Source: the human T2T-CHM13v2.0 reference genome, Homo sapiens
Strand: one strand, 5' to 3'
NCBI RefSeq assembly: GCF_009914755.1
Contig: NC_060926.1
Length of the DNA stretch: 64,000 nucleotides
The translations under genes and the position numbers were made by a program. Below, one piece after another: positions 1-19,714 of this stretch. The first letter of the stretch is position 1. Each line of letters opens with the position of its first letter. Under the pieces are notes generated by a model. That model saw nothing but the letters and a program-made list of their open reading frames with translations. It did no database searches and was not told the origin of the DNA.

Positions 1-1660
1 TTTAAACAAAGGTTGAACTATATCAAGTACTTTTTTCTACTGTTGGTATTATATCTGCTTTACTCTTTAATCTTTTAGTGTAGTATTTTTAAAATTAAAT
101 TGTAATGTTAAAGTATTTTATCACTAGGATAAACAATATTTATTTATGATATCTTCTAATACACTGAGAGTTTTAACTTGAATATTGGGGGATATTTGCA
201 TCTCTATAAATAATGCGTTTTATAAGTTTTCTGTATTATTTCTATAATTTTAATATAATTACATTTATCTCATGGGGAGGAAAGTACATTATAAATCATT
301 AAAATGTCACATTAAGTATATATTCTGGATGTTTTCTTTAAAAATTTACTGAGTTACATAAGTTTACTGCCTCGGGAGCATTTTTGATGTTAAAAAGTTT
401 TAATTTCTCCCACATATTTCATCTATTAGCATATTCTATGGCTCTTGAATTATAATTTCTAAAGTATATTTATGCTATTTAGTTTTGCAAATCTATTAAA
501 AATGATCATATATAGCAATGGTCAACTATAGACACTGTCATAGCAATATCTAGATTATAGATTATATTGCCAACTAAAAATAAAATGACACTCTGGTGAT
601 TACAAATGGTACATCATTGTTTTAACAATAAGCATTACCCTAAACCTAAGAGGGTAAAAGATATACAGTTACAGGCAATTAAATTTCCTTTCCTGTGAAT
701 GTTTTATTTATATCCTTGAACTACTTCTTCTTTGAGGTTTTTTTTTTCTCATTGATTTGCAGGTACCTTTTATGTAATCTGTAGATTATCATTTTGTCAA
801 TCATAATATTATGATTATATTACTCTTCCAGTCTGGGCTTGTGTTTTCATTTGGTTTATAGCTTGATTGTGGTTTGTAGCTTGGTGTTTGGGGGTGATAA
901 TGCCTAGAGTTACTTCATTCTCAGATGGGTAGGCAATTCCTAACTATCCAATGAACCCAATTGTTACCTCCTGCAACAAACAGGTACAGAGGTTGTCCCC
1001 GTACTCTGAAAGATACTTATGTCTGGGCTTCTATGTCTGTGTCTGCTTCTTACTGCTTACAGCTTCAGGTGTAAACCACAACTTAACATGGTAGATTCTC
1101 TCGTTTTTCACTTTAATCTCTAGAAATTCCCTTTCCTTGTATTTTAACCTATGATTTTTTAAAGTATTTAAAACATTCAATATAACATTTTTGATGTTTG
1201 CAATGGAATGAAAAGATCTCAAAATATGTTCAATTCACAGTATAAACTTTTAAAAAGTTGTATTTTCTGCTTCTGTTTTAATTTTAATATTACTTTATAT
1301 ATAAATATATGTGTATATATATAATATATGTGTTTGTGTGTATTTTCTCCTAGTTTCTTTTCTGGGATGGAGTGGTGGTGAGGATTATTTTAATGTAGCT
1401 TTTGAAATTGTCTAATGAATACATTTAAAACTATAAAATTCCCTCTTTATTTTCTCTTTGGCTATATCCTTTAGGTTGGAATATATAGTATTGTCTTTGT
1501 CCTTTCCTTCCAAACAGTCTAATTTTAATGATAATTTTAAAATCTAATTTTAAAAATCTTTTTAATGCTAGTGTTACTTATTTTAAAAATACAAGTGATT
1601 TTTTTGACTCCTCTGTTATATTAAATTCTGGCTTTATTTGGTTTTTGTAAGAGATTATAA
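1..1660 (-). mobile_element. Highly decayed old LINE-1 (L1M-type) remnants, patchy
   Basis: T-rich text with antisense L1 ORF2-like phrases (e.g. 'ctataaaattccctct...ctttggctatatcctttaggtt' ~1430-1480; 'ctggctttatttgg' ~1630); boundaries approximate. Confidence 0.4.
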
Positions 1661-2289
1661 CATACCAGCTCTGTGTTACGGCAGTTATTGAGTTCACGTG
1701 TGTGTGCATGCACATGCTCAAATGTGACTGTTTTCTTGTAAATGGCCTTTTGAATTAAAATTCTCTTTAATTCAAATACACAAATATGCATAGGTGCTGA
1801 GCCTGAGGAGACCACAGAGAATAGAGTTCTTCTCAGGACGAGATTTGGCAAGAGTGATGATATCAGCTCAAGCTTTCTTCTCATTTTTTTTGTTTTGTTT
1901 TGTTTTGTTTTCTAGTAAGAATACAAAGCATACACGTGGGGGAAAGAACACATGGTAATACGAAAAGAACAATCCCCAGGATCTTTTTCCCCATTCACAG
2001 ACGTGTTTGAATTTTGGTGATATCATGGCCCATACTTAAAGTGTGATCCATCACATCACAAAAGCCCAGATTATGAACTTGCTGCTTTTCTCCCTCTATA
2101 AGCTAAGAAAAATTGTGGTCCTATTTTTTAGTCTAAGAATTCTTTGTTTTGCTTTTTCAAATGTTATTTATGTTTTCTTTCCCAGTTTAGTTTGAAAGGA
2201 ACTTCACATATATATGCTCAAGTGCATTTGACATACAGTAATGTCAATGTCCATTAAACTTCCATACATTAATTTCCATTTCCCAGTAC

Positions 2290-2650
2290 CATTAAATAGC
2301 TTATGAATGACCAACTTTTCTTCTGAGAATAACTAGCAACCTAAATAAAATACAAAGACAACATAGGACTGCTGAAATAATGAGGATGAAGGAACTGAAA
2401 TTCTGTAAGAAGAGAACCATGAAGATGTCAGTTGATGGTTTTCTAGGGCCATTTACCAATGTTGGGTAAAGAACAAGAGACCAATATAATGGATTTTCAT
2501 GGTCAGAGGGCTACTTCTGGAAGAGAGAAAAACATCTAAGCATTTGCCTGTCTTGTGGTGCTTATGAGAGAATATTGTAGTCCTGGGTGGTCAAGTTGTT
2601 CTTATTTCTGGATACACTTAAAATGGATATACATAAAATGTAAAGAATTT
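2290..2650 (+). mobile_element. Old L1ME-type 5' region fragment
   Basis: 'accaacttttcttctgagaataactagcaacctaaataaaatacaaa' resembles the L1ME 5'-end motif as recalled. Confidence 0.35.
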
Positions 2651-3257
2651 CGAATGGGAGTATAAAAAGTGAATGCCCTATAAAGCAAATATAAAATACA
2701 AAGCTATATAGATATAGGTATTGATACAGATGTGAAGGTAGATTGATTACCTTTATCTTTCTTGCTTCCTTATTCTTTTTAATGAATAGGATATATAGTA
2801 AAAGTCTGAGTTGCAGTAAAGACGAACAGAGGACCTTTGCCTTACTTCAATTATCAACATCAACCTACTGAGAAGTAAAGCAGATAATTCTAAAAAGCCT
2901 CTACATGTGCAGGTGTTAATTAGGGCCTTAAAGTGATTACTAATATTTTAGGATCACAGTTTAGCCTATTAAAATAACAACAATCTCTTTGTTAGTATAT
3001 GTTAAGCTGTATAAAAACAGTTTCTGTGTTTCACATGTAAGATGTTTCTTCAGTTTGTTTAGTTCACTAATTTTATGGTTCAGACAGAGTGGGAGATCTA
3101 ACTAGTTTAGTACGTTCAGCGTACGATATAGCTATGTGAATCAAACACGTTTCAATATTCTTCTGTCAAAGTACAATATTAAATCAATCAAAGAAATAGT
3201 TGTGGCCTCCAGCTGTGTTATATTATTAACAATAATCTCTAGAGGTAATTATTATTC

Positions 3258-3337
3258 TCTACTTTTTTGAATCATTTGATATGCTTTGAATTTTTTGAAT
3301 CTTTTTTTAATCACATCAAATGATTCAAAAAAGTAGA
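3258..3337. repeat. Perfect 23-bp inverted repeat with 34-nt spacer (hairpin/cruciform)
   Basis: tctacttttttgaatcatttgat (3258-3280) is the exact reverse complement of atcaaatgattcaaaaaagtaga (3315-3337). Confidence 0.95.
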
Positions 3338-4167
3338 ACATCATTTTAAATACATTAATTACCACCAGCCATTAGTGATGCATTCTCTGTCCCCTCCAAA
3401 AATGTTTAGCAGTGCCTAACACACACAGAGATCTAGTGGTGCCATAAAAGAAATTTTGAATAATGAGTGTGAAACATAGCATGCAAATAGTACAATTTAA
3501 CTTTGCCATTTTACCTTGATTATCTTCTCTGTACAGATACAGTATATAATTTAAGGTGACACGTCTTTAGTAACCTGCTGAACAGTTGTAATCCTTGGAA
3601 ATGCCAGGCTTCCTCACAAAGTCCTGCTCTTAAAAATAAACAGCATCATCTGTGTTTTATGTCATATGTGGCTTTGGCCTCAATCTCTACCTTTAACTCA
3701 TCAGGAACAATTTCATCAGTTACATGACTTCTGAAAAATAAGTGATTAACAATCATTATGCAGACATACAAACACCACTGAAAGGGGTCTGCTCTGAAAG
3801 CAGCTGAATGGCTGATTTTTCTGTTTCTAATTAAATGACTTTCTGATAAATATGCCACTGTGTTTATAGATATATTTATATTATTTGCATTTGTTAAGTT
3901 CTTCAAAGTTTGTAACTGCTATATCTTTCCAGTGTAATTTATCGTCTATCAGTCATAAACATGTCTCCTTGTTCCATTGAATTCTTTTCAACTTTTATTT
4001 TCTTTTGTGTCACACTGTCTTTACCTTACTTTATTTTGTCATTATTTGTGTAGTGAATTACACATGTTTTTTTCCCCAAGTTTTTTACATCCTTTGGTTT
4101 TAAGTGTGTCACTTATAAACGGCTGGATTTTATTTTTGTTATTGTCCCTGATCTTTGTATGATGGTA

Positions 4168-4372
4168 GTAACAATAATAGCTAACATTGTTCTCTTACTA
4201 CGGCCAGGAGCTGTTCTAAGTGCTTTACATGTTAAGGATTGAATCCCTAGAATAATTTTAAGAGATAGTTACTAATCCTGCTTTACACATTGAACAATTA
4301 CTTTCCACATGGTGGAGAGAAAACTGGCATTCAGCAGTCTGGCTCCAAAGCTTACTTTTTAACCACTGCATT
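4168..4372 (-). mobile_element. MIR SINE
   Basis: 'aataatagctaacatt...ccaggagctgttctaagtgctttacatg...cagtctggctccaaagc...taaccactg' matches antisense MIR. Confidence 0.75.
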
Positions 4373-5890
4373 CCTTCATGTTTTGGTCTTTTTTTACTTC
4401 TCCATGTGTATTTAATTGAGAGCAAGAAAAGACAGACCAGGGAATATTATTCTTATGTTATCCTAGTTGGTATAATGTATTAGAATTTATTTAGCTAAAT
4501 GCTATAGCGTAGAAGTTATAACCTCTCTTTCAAGAGATTTATAGTCCATCAGGAAGTTAGGGTTGGCAAACATACCTATTACAACAAAGAGTTTTGCAAT
4601 AGTCTAGAATGAATGCTGAATTATTTCATATACACTAGGTATGCTATAGAACTCAGAGAAGATGAAGAGCCTCATGAATAGGTTTATTTTAGGTATGTTG
4701 AACAATAACTATATAGATTCAGCTTGCAGTTAACCTGGTACATATCTTGCTTTGCCATGCTAAATGGTTACAATTGCAGTAGAATAATTTAGAAGCACCT
4801 ATAAATTAATATATTTAGAAATAAGCAGAGATATTGAAGGGGAAGCTGACTCAGCTTTTTCTTTGGTAGCTACTTATAATTTAAACAGATATGTTGACTC
4901 ATTTAGTCATTGTAATTATCCTGAAGGCAGAAGGAATACAAGGAGATGGAAAAAATAACTATGTTTGTGCCACGTGACACCCTTTTCATGTATTCATTCA
5001 TTTGTGCATCCTTGAATGTATGTGTGTTTTAATACTTTGGTTTAATAGTCACTGAGCACCTTACTATGTGATTGGCATAATTACAGATAATGGGGATGCA
5101 GGAAATACTAGACAATGTAATCCTTATAACAAGCCCCCCAATTTACAGGCAATAAAACATATTCAACTGTTTTGAAACTCAGGGTCAGAGTAGTGACTGC
5201 TAAGCCACAGAGTCACACATAATTTCTCTAACTTTAAAGTCCATGATCTTTTCACTACTGTAACTTTCCACAGAGAATGAGGAAGACTCTTAAAATGTTG
5301 CAATAAGATAGATATTTGGGTAGTGAACATTATTTTTACTTCTTCATTAATTCATGAAATAGTAATTCAATATTAGATACATTAATTTTAAAGAATGTTT
5401 GCTTGATGGATTCAGTGAATAATCAAAATAACCAAACTTTATTCCTGTTATTAAATATATGATTACTTACTGTTTCTCTATTATTTATTGACTGTTGTTT
5501 GCATGTCACAACAAAAATTGCATGTTTCTCAGTTATGTGGCAAAGCAGTTTTCAGCAACTGTTTACCAATACTGCCCCTCAATCATTTATATTAATGGCT
5601 CCAAAATGTTTTGTTTACATTTCTTTCTATAATAACAGTATAGAAAGACTGATGAAGCTGTTCACCAATTACCACTGGAGATATTATTCTAATGAAAAGA
5701 TGGGAAAAAACATAGAATTTAAGACTCTAAAATAGAGCTATCAGCATACATTTTTTAAAATGACAAGAGGCCAGCCAACAACATCACTTGAGCTATTGAG
5801 CCTAAGAAGTTGACAGACAATACTAGTAATCCACTTCTTTAAGTCAAAGCCCTTACTAGCATAACAATAAATTCATCTCCTCAGTATTAA

Positions 5891-6202
<312 letters not shown>

Positions 6203-6975
6203 CCAGTTTCTTAGATATAAATGCATTTTAAAAACCCTCTCTGGAGACTTTTGAATCTAAATATCAGCTGTTATATTGCAATTGGAAAATTCTTAGTATG
6301 CATAGGATTATGTCAAAAATGAAAAAGGAATGAATGGAGTTATCCCAAGTCACACCAGTTCAAAGGTTACTTCCAGTAATTTCAGCTTTGTTCACAAATG
6401 CTGAAGTTAACTTCCTGGTGGCCCTGGAGAGATGCCAAGCACATTTAAATTACCATGAAATTTAAACTGGGTGCAATACATTTTCTAGTGAATGACAGTC
6501 ATCTGTCTGGAATGAAAGATGAACTCAGTTAACTCTCTATATTGTTGTGTTTTATTTCACCAATAGCCCAATATTTTGCTTATTCGCAATGCTGGGTAAT
6601 GCTTTTAAGAATTACAGATAAGGAATATACAAAGTGCATGAGCTAATGAGACATCTGTCTATTATTTTCCTTGCATTGCAGTGAACACACTACCTATAAA
6701 ATTATCTTAAAGTGTTCTCTTTGATTGCTATGGTTATAGGCCTAATGTTCAACCCCTCTCCATCTGGTAATCTGTCTCTATTGTCTATTTAAATATTAAA
6801 TGCTAGCTTACCAAAAGACTTTGGTGCAAGAAAAATAATACTGTCGCTTAATAGTTTTAAACTAAAACAAGAAAATTAATAATTTATTTACATGTTTATA
6901 TGAATTTTAATAAAAATTTTCACATATTCAGGAAATGATAGCAAATATTACAGTGAATGCAAGTATATCCAATTA

Positions 6976-10090
<3,115 letters not shown>

Positions 10091-10099
10091 TTATCAATT

Positions 10100-13320
<3,221 letters not shown>

Positions 13321-13362
13321 TTTTCTTTCCTACCTCCCTCCTTTGATTCCGTCTTCTCTTTC

Positions 13363-13397
13363 TTGCTTGCTTGCTTGCTTTTACTTGCTTGCTTGCT
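13363..13397. repeat. (TTGC)n imperfect microsatellite
   Basis: cttgcttgcttgcttgcttttacttgcttgcttgc. Confidence 0.8.
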
Positions 13398-13585
13398 TTT
13401 TTATTGCTTTATTTGTTTAAGTATATTTAAGAGTTTTTTTTTTAAAGCAAAGACACTGGGTGCTAGATAGTGGCTTTCTGACTGACAAGCTTAAATGCAG
13501 AGTGAGCAATGAGATGGGATCCAACCACTTTCTTGGAGGAACACTAAGTCTAAGATGTGTAAGCATTTTCTTTTTTAGTGGACTC

Positions 13586-15121
13586 TTTTTTATTTTTGTT
13601 CACAAATAATAATTGTACTTATATATGGGATGCAGAGTGATATTTTGATACATATGTACAATGTGTAGTGATAAAATCAGAGTAATTAGTATATCCATCA
13701 CCTTGAACAATTACCATTTCTTTGCATTGGGAAAATTAAAAAATTTTTCTGCTAGCTATTCGAAATATACAATAAATTATTGTTACCTACAGTCATCCAT
13801 AGTATTATAGAACACTGGATCTTGTTCATCCTAGCTAGCTATAATTTTGTATCTGTTAACCAATCTCTATCTATCCTCCCCACGCCGCTCCCTTCCCAGT
13901 GTCTCACAACCACAATTATACTCTCTCCTTCTATGAGATCAACTTTTTTCAGCTCCTACATATGAGTGAGAATGTGTGGTATTTATTGTTTTGTGCCTTA
14001 CTTATTTCACATAATGTCCTCCAGGCTCATGTATGTTGCCACAAATGACAAGATTTTGTTCTTTTTCATGACTTGATAGTCTTCCATTCCATTTTCTTTA
14101 TCTGTTTATCTGTCTATGAGTATTTAGATTGTTTCCATATCTTAGCTATCATGACTAGTGCTGCATTAAACATGGGTGTGAAGATATCTCTTCAATATAC
14201 TAATTTCCTTTCCTTTGGGAAAATACCCAGTAGTGAGATTGCTGGGTCCCATAAAGTAATTCTATTTGTAGTTTTTTGAGAAAACTCAATACTGTTTTTC
14301 ATAAAGGCTATACTAATTTACATTCTCACAGTGTATAGGGTTCCTTCTCTCTGCATCCCAACAGCATATATTATTTTTTGTTTTTTTTTTTGATGATAAT
14401 TATTCTAAGTAGGATGAGATGATAGATGATTGTGGTTTTTATTTGCATTTCCCTAATGGTTAGTGATGTTGGGCATTTTTTCATGTACTTCTAGGCCATT
14501 CATATGTCTTCTTTTGAAAAATGTTTATTCAGATACTTTGCATACATTTTAATAGAATTATTTGTTTGTTTGCTTGTTTTGCTGTTGTATTGAGTTCTTT
14601 GTATGTTCTGGATATTAATCCTGTGAGGATAAATGATTTCCAGACATTCTCACTCTACAGATTGTCTCTTTGCTCTGTTACTTCCTCAGCTGTGCATGAG
14701 TTTTACAGTTTGATATAGTCTCATTTGTCTTTTTTTGTTTTGGTTGCCTTTGCTTTTGAAGGCAGACCTATACGAACTTTTTTTCAAACCGATGTTATTA
14801 AATTATTCCCCTATGTTTTTTTCCAGTAGTGGTATAGTTTGGAGCCTTACATTTAAATCTTTCATGCATTTGGAGATGATTTTTGTATATGGTAAGAGAT
14901 AGGGGTCTAGTTTTGTTCTTCTGCATATGAAAATCCAGTTTTCCCAGTACCATTATTTAAGGAGGCTGTCCTTTCCACAACGTATGTTCTTGGCACCTTT
15001 ATTGAAAATTATTTGGCTATAAATATGTGGATTTATTTCTAGGTTCTCTATTCTGTTCCATTGGTCTTTGTGTCTGTTTTTATAACATTCCCATGCTGTT
15101 TTAGTTACTATAGCTTTGTAG
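13586..15121 (-). mobile_element. 5'-truncated L1MA (L1MA4/5-like)
   Basis: 3' end 'aataattgtacttatatatgggatgcagagtgatattttgatac...gtaattagtatatccatcacc' followed by antisense ORF2 C-terminal region. Confidence 0.88.
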
Positions 15122-15523
15122 AAGGTTTTACTGCTTAAGTCATCTCCTTTTAGTCCTTAAGTCATCTTCCAGACTTTGTCAGTATGTGATGTGCAGGTAT
15201 GGTTTGCAGGTTTGGTGTGCTGTAAAGTGGGTAATGGTCAGAAGCTTAAATGCTAGCATTCTATAAAATGAATTGAGAAATTTTAGCTTCTATATAATTT
15301 TTTCAGTTGATAAGCCCCACATGTAAATGTACCCATTAAAATATTTATATTAGTCTGGAAGATATATCTAGTATTTCAGAAAATTTCATAGAAATTTTTT
15401 GAGCAATGCAAGTCACTAAAGTATGTGTTCTTTTGTATGCTATAATTATAACTGCTCAGCGAAGTTACACTAGTCATCACCTATTGGTAGGACATTCTTA
15501 ATATGATTAATCATTGATCATTA

Positions 15524-15834
<311 letters not shown>

Positions 15835-16611
15835 TAGGTTGTATTCGTAATTAAATTACATATTTCGATATGCCCTATCCTTGTGGAAGAAAATAAAATA
15901 AATGAGCCTAGATGGCAACATACATTGGCAACATGTGTACTAGGTATTCTCTAAAACAGAGTCTCCTCAATCGTGATACTTTCCATCTCCATGTCTTTTG
16001 GGGTACTGTGTAATGATAGGGACCTGGACTAAGTGCCTAGGTAGTTTTTCAGTTTCCTTAATCAGATTATATTTGGTCCATTTTTTATATTTATTATGTG
16101 CATGAAGATTGTACTGTACCAAGCTTATCTACCATCACCAGAGATAGAAATAAATCTTTCTTTTTTTCAGTCCTGGACTGTGGGAAGAGGCTGGAGGGAG
16201 TAATTTTCACAGTCTGGCTAATTGGCTCTGTTCAATGGCCACAGTCATCCAACCTAACCTGGATAACTCATAGGTATGCCAACATGGGGAACATAGGAGA
16301 TGATATAATTATACACAGCATGATTGTGCTAAAATACTATACATATTTTTGGTAAATATTTCTGAGTTTGAACATTGAATCTGTAAAAGGGAGAGAACTT
16401 GGTATTTTTTAATTTGGTAGCTTTCAATGAAATCACATGTTTAAAAGGTGCTTTCAAAAATAATACATGGTAATGGTACAAAATATGAAAAATAAATTTC
16501 AAGGAAAAGATTACAATCCCCCATCAAGAAGATATAATAATCACTGTTAGACTGCTAGCATAATTCCCTCAGGTCCTGTAACCATGAGGGTATTATGTAA
16601 GTTAAAAATGA

Positions 16612-16870
16612 ATATCTTTTATTCAACAAATATTTCTTGAGTGCAAATTCTAGGCCATGCTCTGTTCTACATGTTGGGATACAATAAGCAAAACATTCTG
16701 CACATGGCCAGCTTACATTGCATTGAGGGAGACAGAAAAGCCACATGAAAACTAAACTTCATAATGAGTTAGAGATAAGGACTAAATAGCAAAGAGTTAA
16801 AGGAAAATTTTGGAGGAAGGGTGCCATTTTAGATAGCGTTGTAATTGAATCCTCAATGAGAATATACACT
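16612..16870 (-). mobile_element. L2 3' end fragment
   Basis: 'attcaacaaatatttcttgagtgc...ctgttctacatgttgggatacaat' antisense L2 terminus. Confidence 0.65.
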
Positions 16871-17103
16871 TATAAAGTGCATATTAACAATTTATAACTA
16901 ATTAGATTTAAAGTAAGTCAAATAATTGATTTCAAGTCCTTTATTATGTTTCCCTGCTAAAAAATGAATTGACTTCTACTTCCGTCATCCAGATAGTATA
17001 GGGTCACATTGCCTGAATACATTCCATGACCTGATATGTAGATGGGCTTTAGTTTTTATTAGGGTTCCTTAAGTCATGTTTGCTCTACACCTTACTTGTC
17101 ATT

Positions 17104-17502
17104 TGTCTTAGTACATTCAGGTTGCTATGACAAATTACTTTAGACTAGGTAATTTATAAACAATTGCTCATGGAATGTATTGCTCATGGTTCTGTAGGCT
17201 GGGAAGTCCAACATCAAGGCACCTACAGATTCAGTTTCTAGTGAAGGCTTCACAGGTAGTGCCCTGTTTCTGAGTCCTCACATGGTGGAAGAAGCAAACA
17301 CATAGTCTTCAATCTCTTTTATAATTCTATCTCTGCTATCTAGCACATTCTTTTTTATCCCTTTTATAATTCGCTAATCACATTAATGACAGCAGAGCCT
17401 TCATGCCTTAATCACTTACCCAAAGGCCTCACCTCTTAATATACCCACAGTGAGGATTAGGTTTCAATGTGAATTATGGAGGGACCCAATCCGACTATAG
17501 CA
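17104..17502 (-). mobile_element. MaLR solo LTR (MLT1A/MSTD-like)
   Basis: TG...CA termini; 'tgtcttagtacattcaggttgctatgacaaa...ggctgggaagtccaacatcaaggc...cacctcttaata...ggattaggtttcaa'; flanks tcatt/ttgtt. Confidence 0.85.
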
Positions 17503-17682
17503 TTGTTCTTCAGAGGCTTTCACCTAAAATTCTGGCGTATGTACCAAGGATGATTCTTGGTGGATCCTGATCTCTAAAGCTTGCTCTCAGTCTGTCAATC
17601 CCAATGTATGTATCAGCCAATGTTCAAGAGGAAGAACAGTGCTGAATATCAGGCTCACTTTTCTTTGCATCTCTCTCTCTCT

Positions 17683-18191
<509 letters not shown>

Positions 18192-19573
18192 TCTCAGCCC
18201 CATGTGTTCTAAGTGTCTTGTAGCTTTTCAGTTCCTTCGGTCAGATTTCGTTTGGTCCATTTTTTTTTCTATTTATTATTTGCATGAAGATTTTACTGTA
18301 CCAAGGTTATCTATCATCACCAGAGATAGAAATAAAATATTCTTTCAGTCTGTAACTTTATCCAAGCCTGTAACTGTGCATGTTTTTCCTTTTTCTCAAG
18401 CCATGGATGGCCAGTCTTCTCAAGAATTTAAATCTCCATGAGGTTGCAAAACACAATCAGTCTTACTAAATGGGGTATGGGAGTAACAATTTAGATTTAA
18501 ATTTTTGTTATTCGACTCTGCCCTTCATGTCACTGCTTGCAGCACCTGATATTCTCTAGCTAAATCTTTGCAGATGTTTATAGCTTGAAGTGAAATACTT
18601 ATTCCTGTTTCCTTCAGAAGAGTTTTGTTTTCTTTTCATCTCTCAGAGTTGTTATGTCAGGTTCTACTCTCTCTCACCTTTCAATCTCCATAATTTGTAA
18701 TTCATTATATTTCCTAGTCTTATCTAAAATAAAATATTTGTTCTTTTTTTCTGTTGTTGGTTGAGTTCTGTTTTTGACATTTACTGAAAAAGGGATTTAT
18801 TATGCTGTTTAACAATGGGATACCTGGAAAATGTTTTGTCTATCCATATATATAAATGAAAGAAGAAGTAGACAGCTTTTCTTATCATGTGAGAAGTCTT
18901 ATTTTCTTTACTAAATCTTTTGCCTGAATGGGAGACTTAACCATGAACTTTGTCCTTCATGGGTTGAGTCTACCAACTGTCAGGTTTCACATTAGGTTGT
19001 GTGAGTGTAAAAAACATAGTTTTGCCCTCTTCACGTCTCCCACTATTCTAAAGACAAAATAAAAAAAGCTTCATTTTGGGACCTGATTTTCTCAGGCAGT
19101 TTATTCATTTTCTACAATGAGTGTCTTTACTGTAATAGCCACCACAGTTTGGAGACAACCTTCTGAGACAGGCACTCCTTTAATTGTTACTTGTACTTAT
19201 TGCCATTATTTGTTCTTATGTCTTAATTTGTGACTCTGTAACTTAAGTCACAGAACATGGCTCCTCATGGCTTTGTCAGTTCTTACATGTATAGCAGCCT
19301 TCAGGATCTGGAATGGGTTATGGGGCTCATTCCAATTTGTTTATCGTGATCCAATGTACTATTTTCCAAAAACTTGTTAAATCTCGAATCTACTGATGTC
19401 ATCTCTTCTCATTCTTAGCACAGTTATGAATGTATTATCTTTAATTTCTTTTACTTTACTTTCAGATATATTTATACCATATTTCAGTTTCTTTGAATGT
19501 TTTCACTTTGGACATTAACTGCATACGATATTTGAAATTTATGTTACTGTGCTCTAAGAGGTGAAGATCTAAA

Positions 19574-19714
19574 TTTTGGTTTATAAGAATACATAACAAA
19601 TTGGTTTTCATTTATAAGAATAGGTAACAAATCAGTTACCTATTTGTATTATTTGTTATCTAGTAGTAGTAGTAGGTAACAAATCTGTTTTGGTTTATAA
19701 ATAGGTAACAAATC
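19574..19714. repeat. Mixed direct/inverted ~30-bp repeat cluster
   Basis: Unit ttttggtttataagaataggtaacaaatc repeated ~3.5 times with inverted part-copies gttacctatt and atttgttatcta. Confidence 0.85.
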
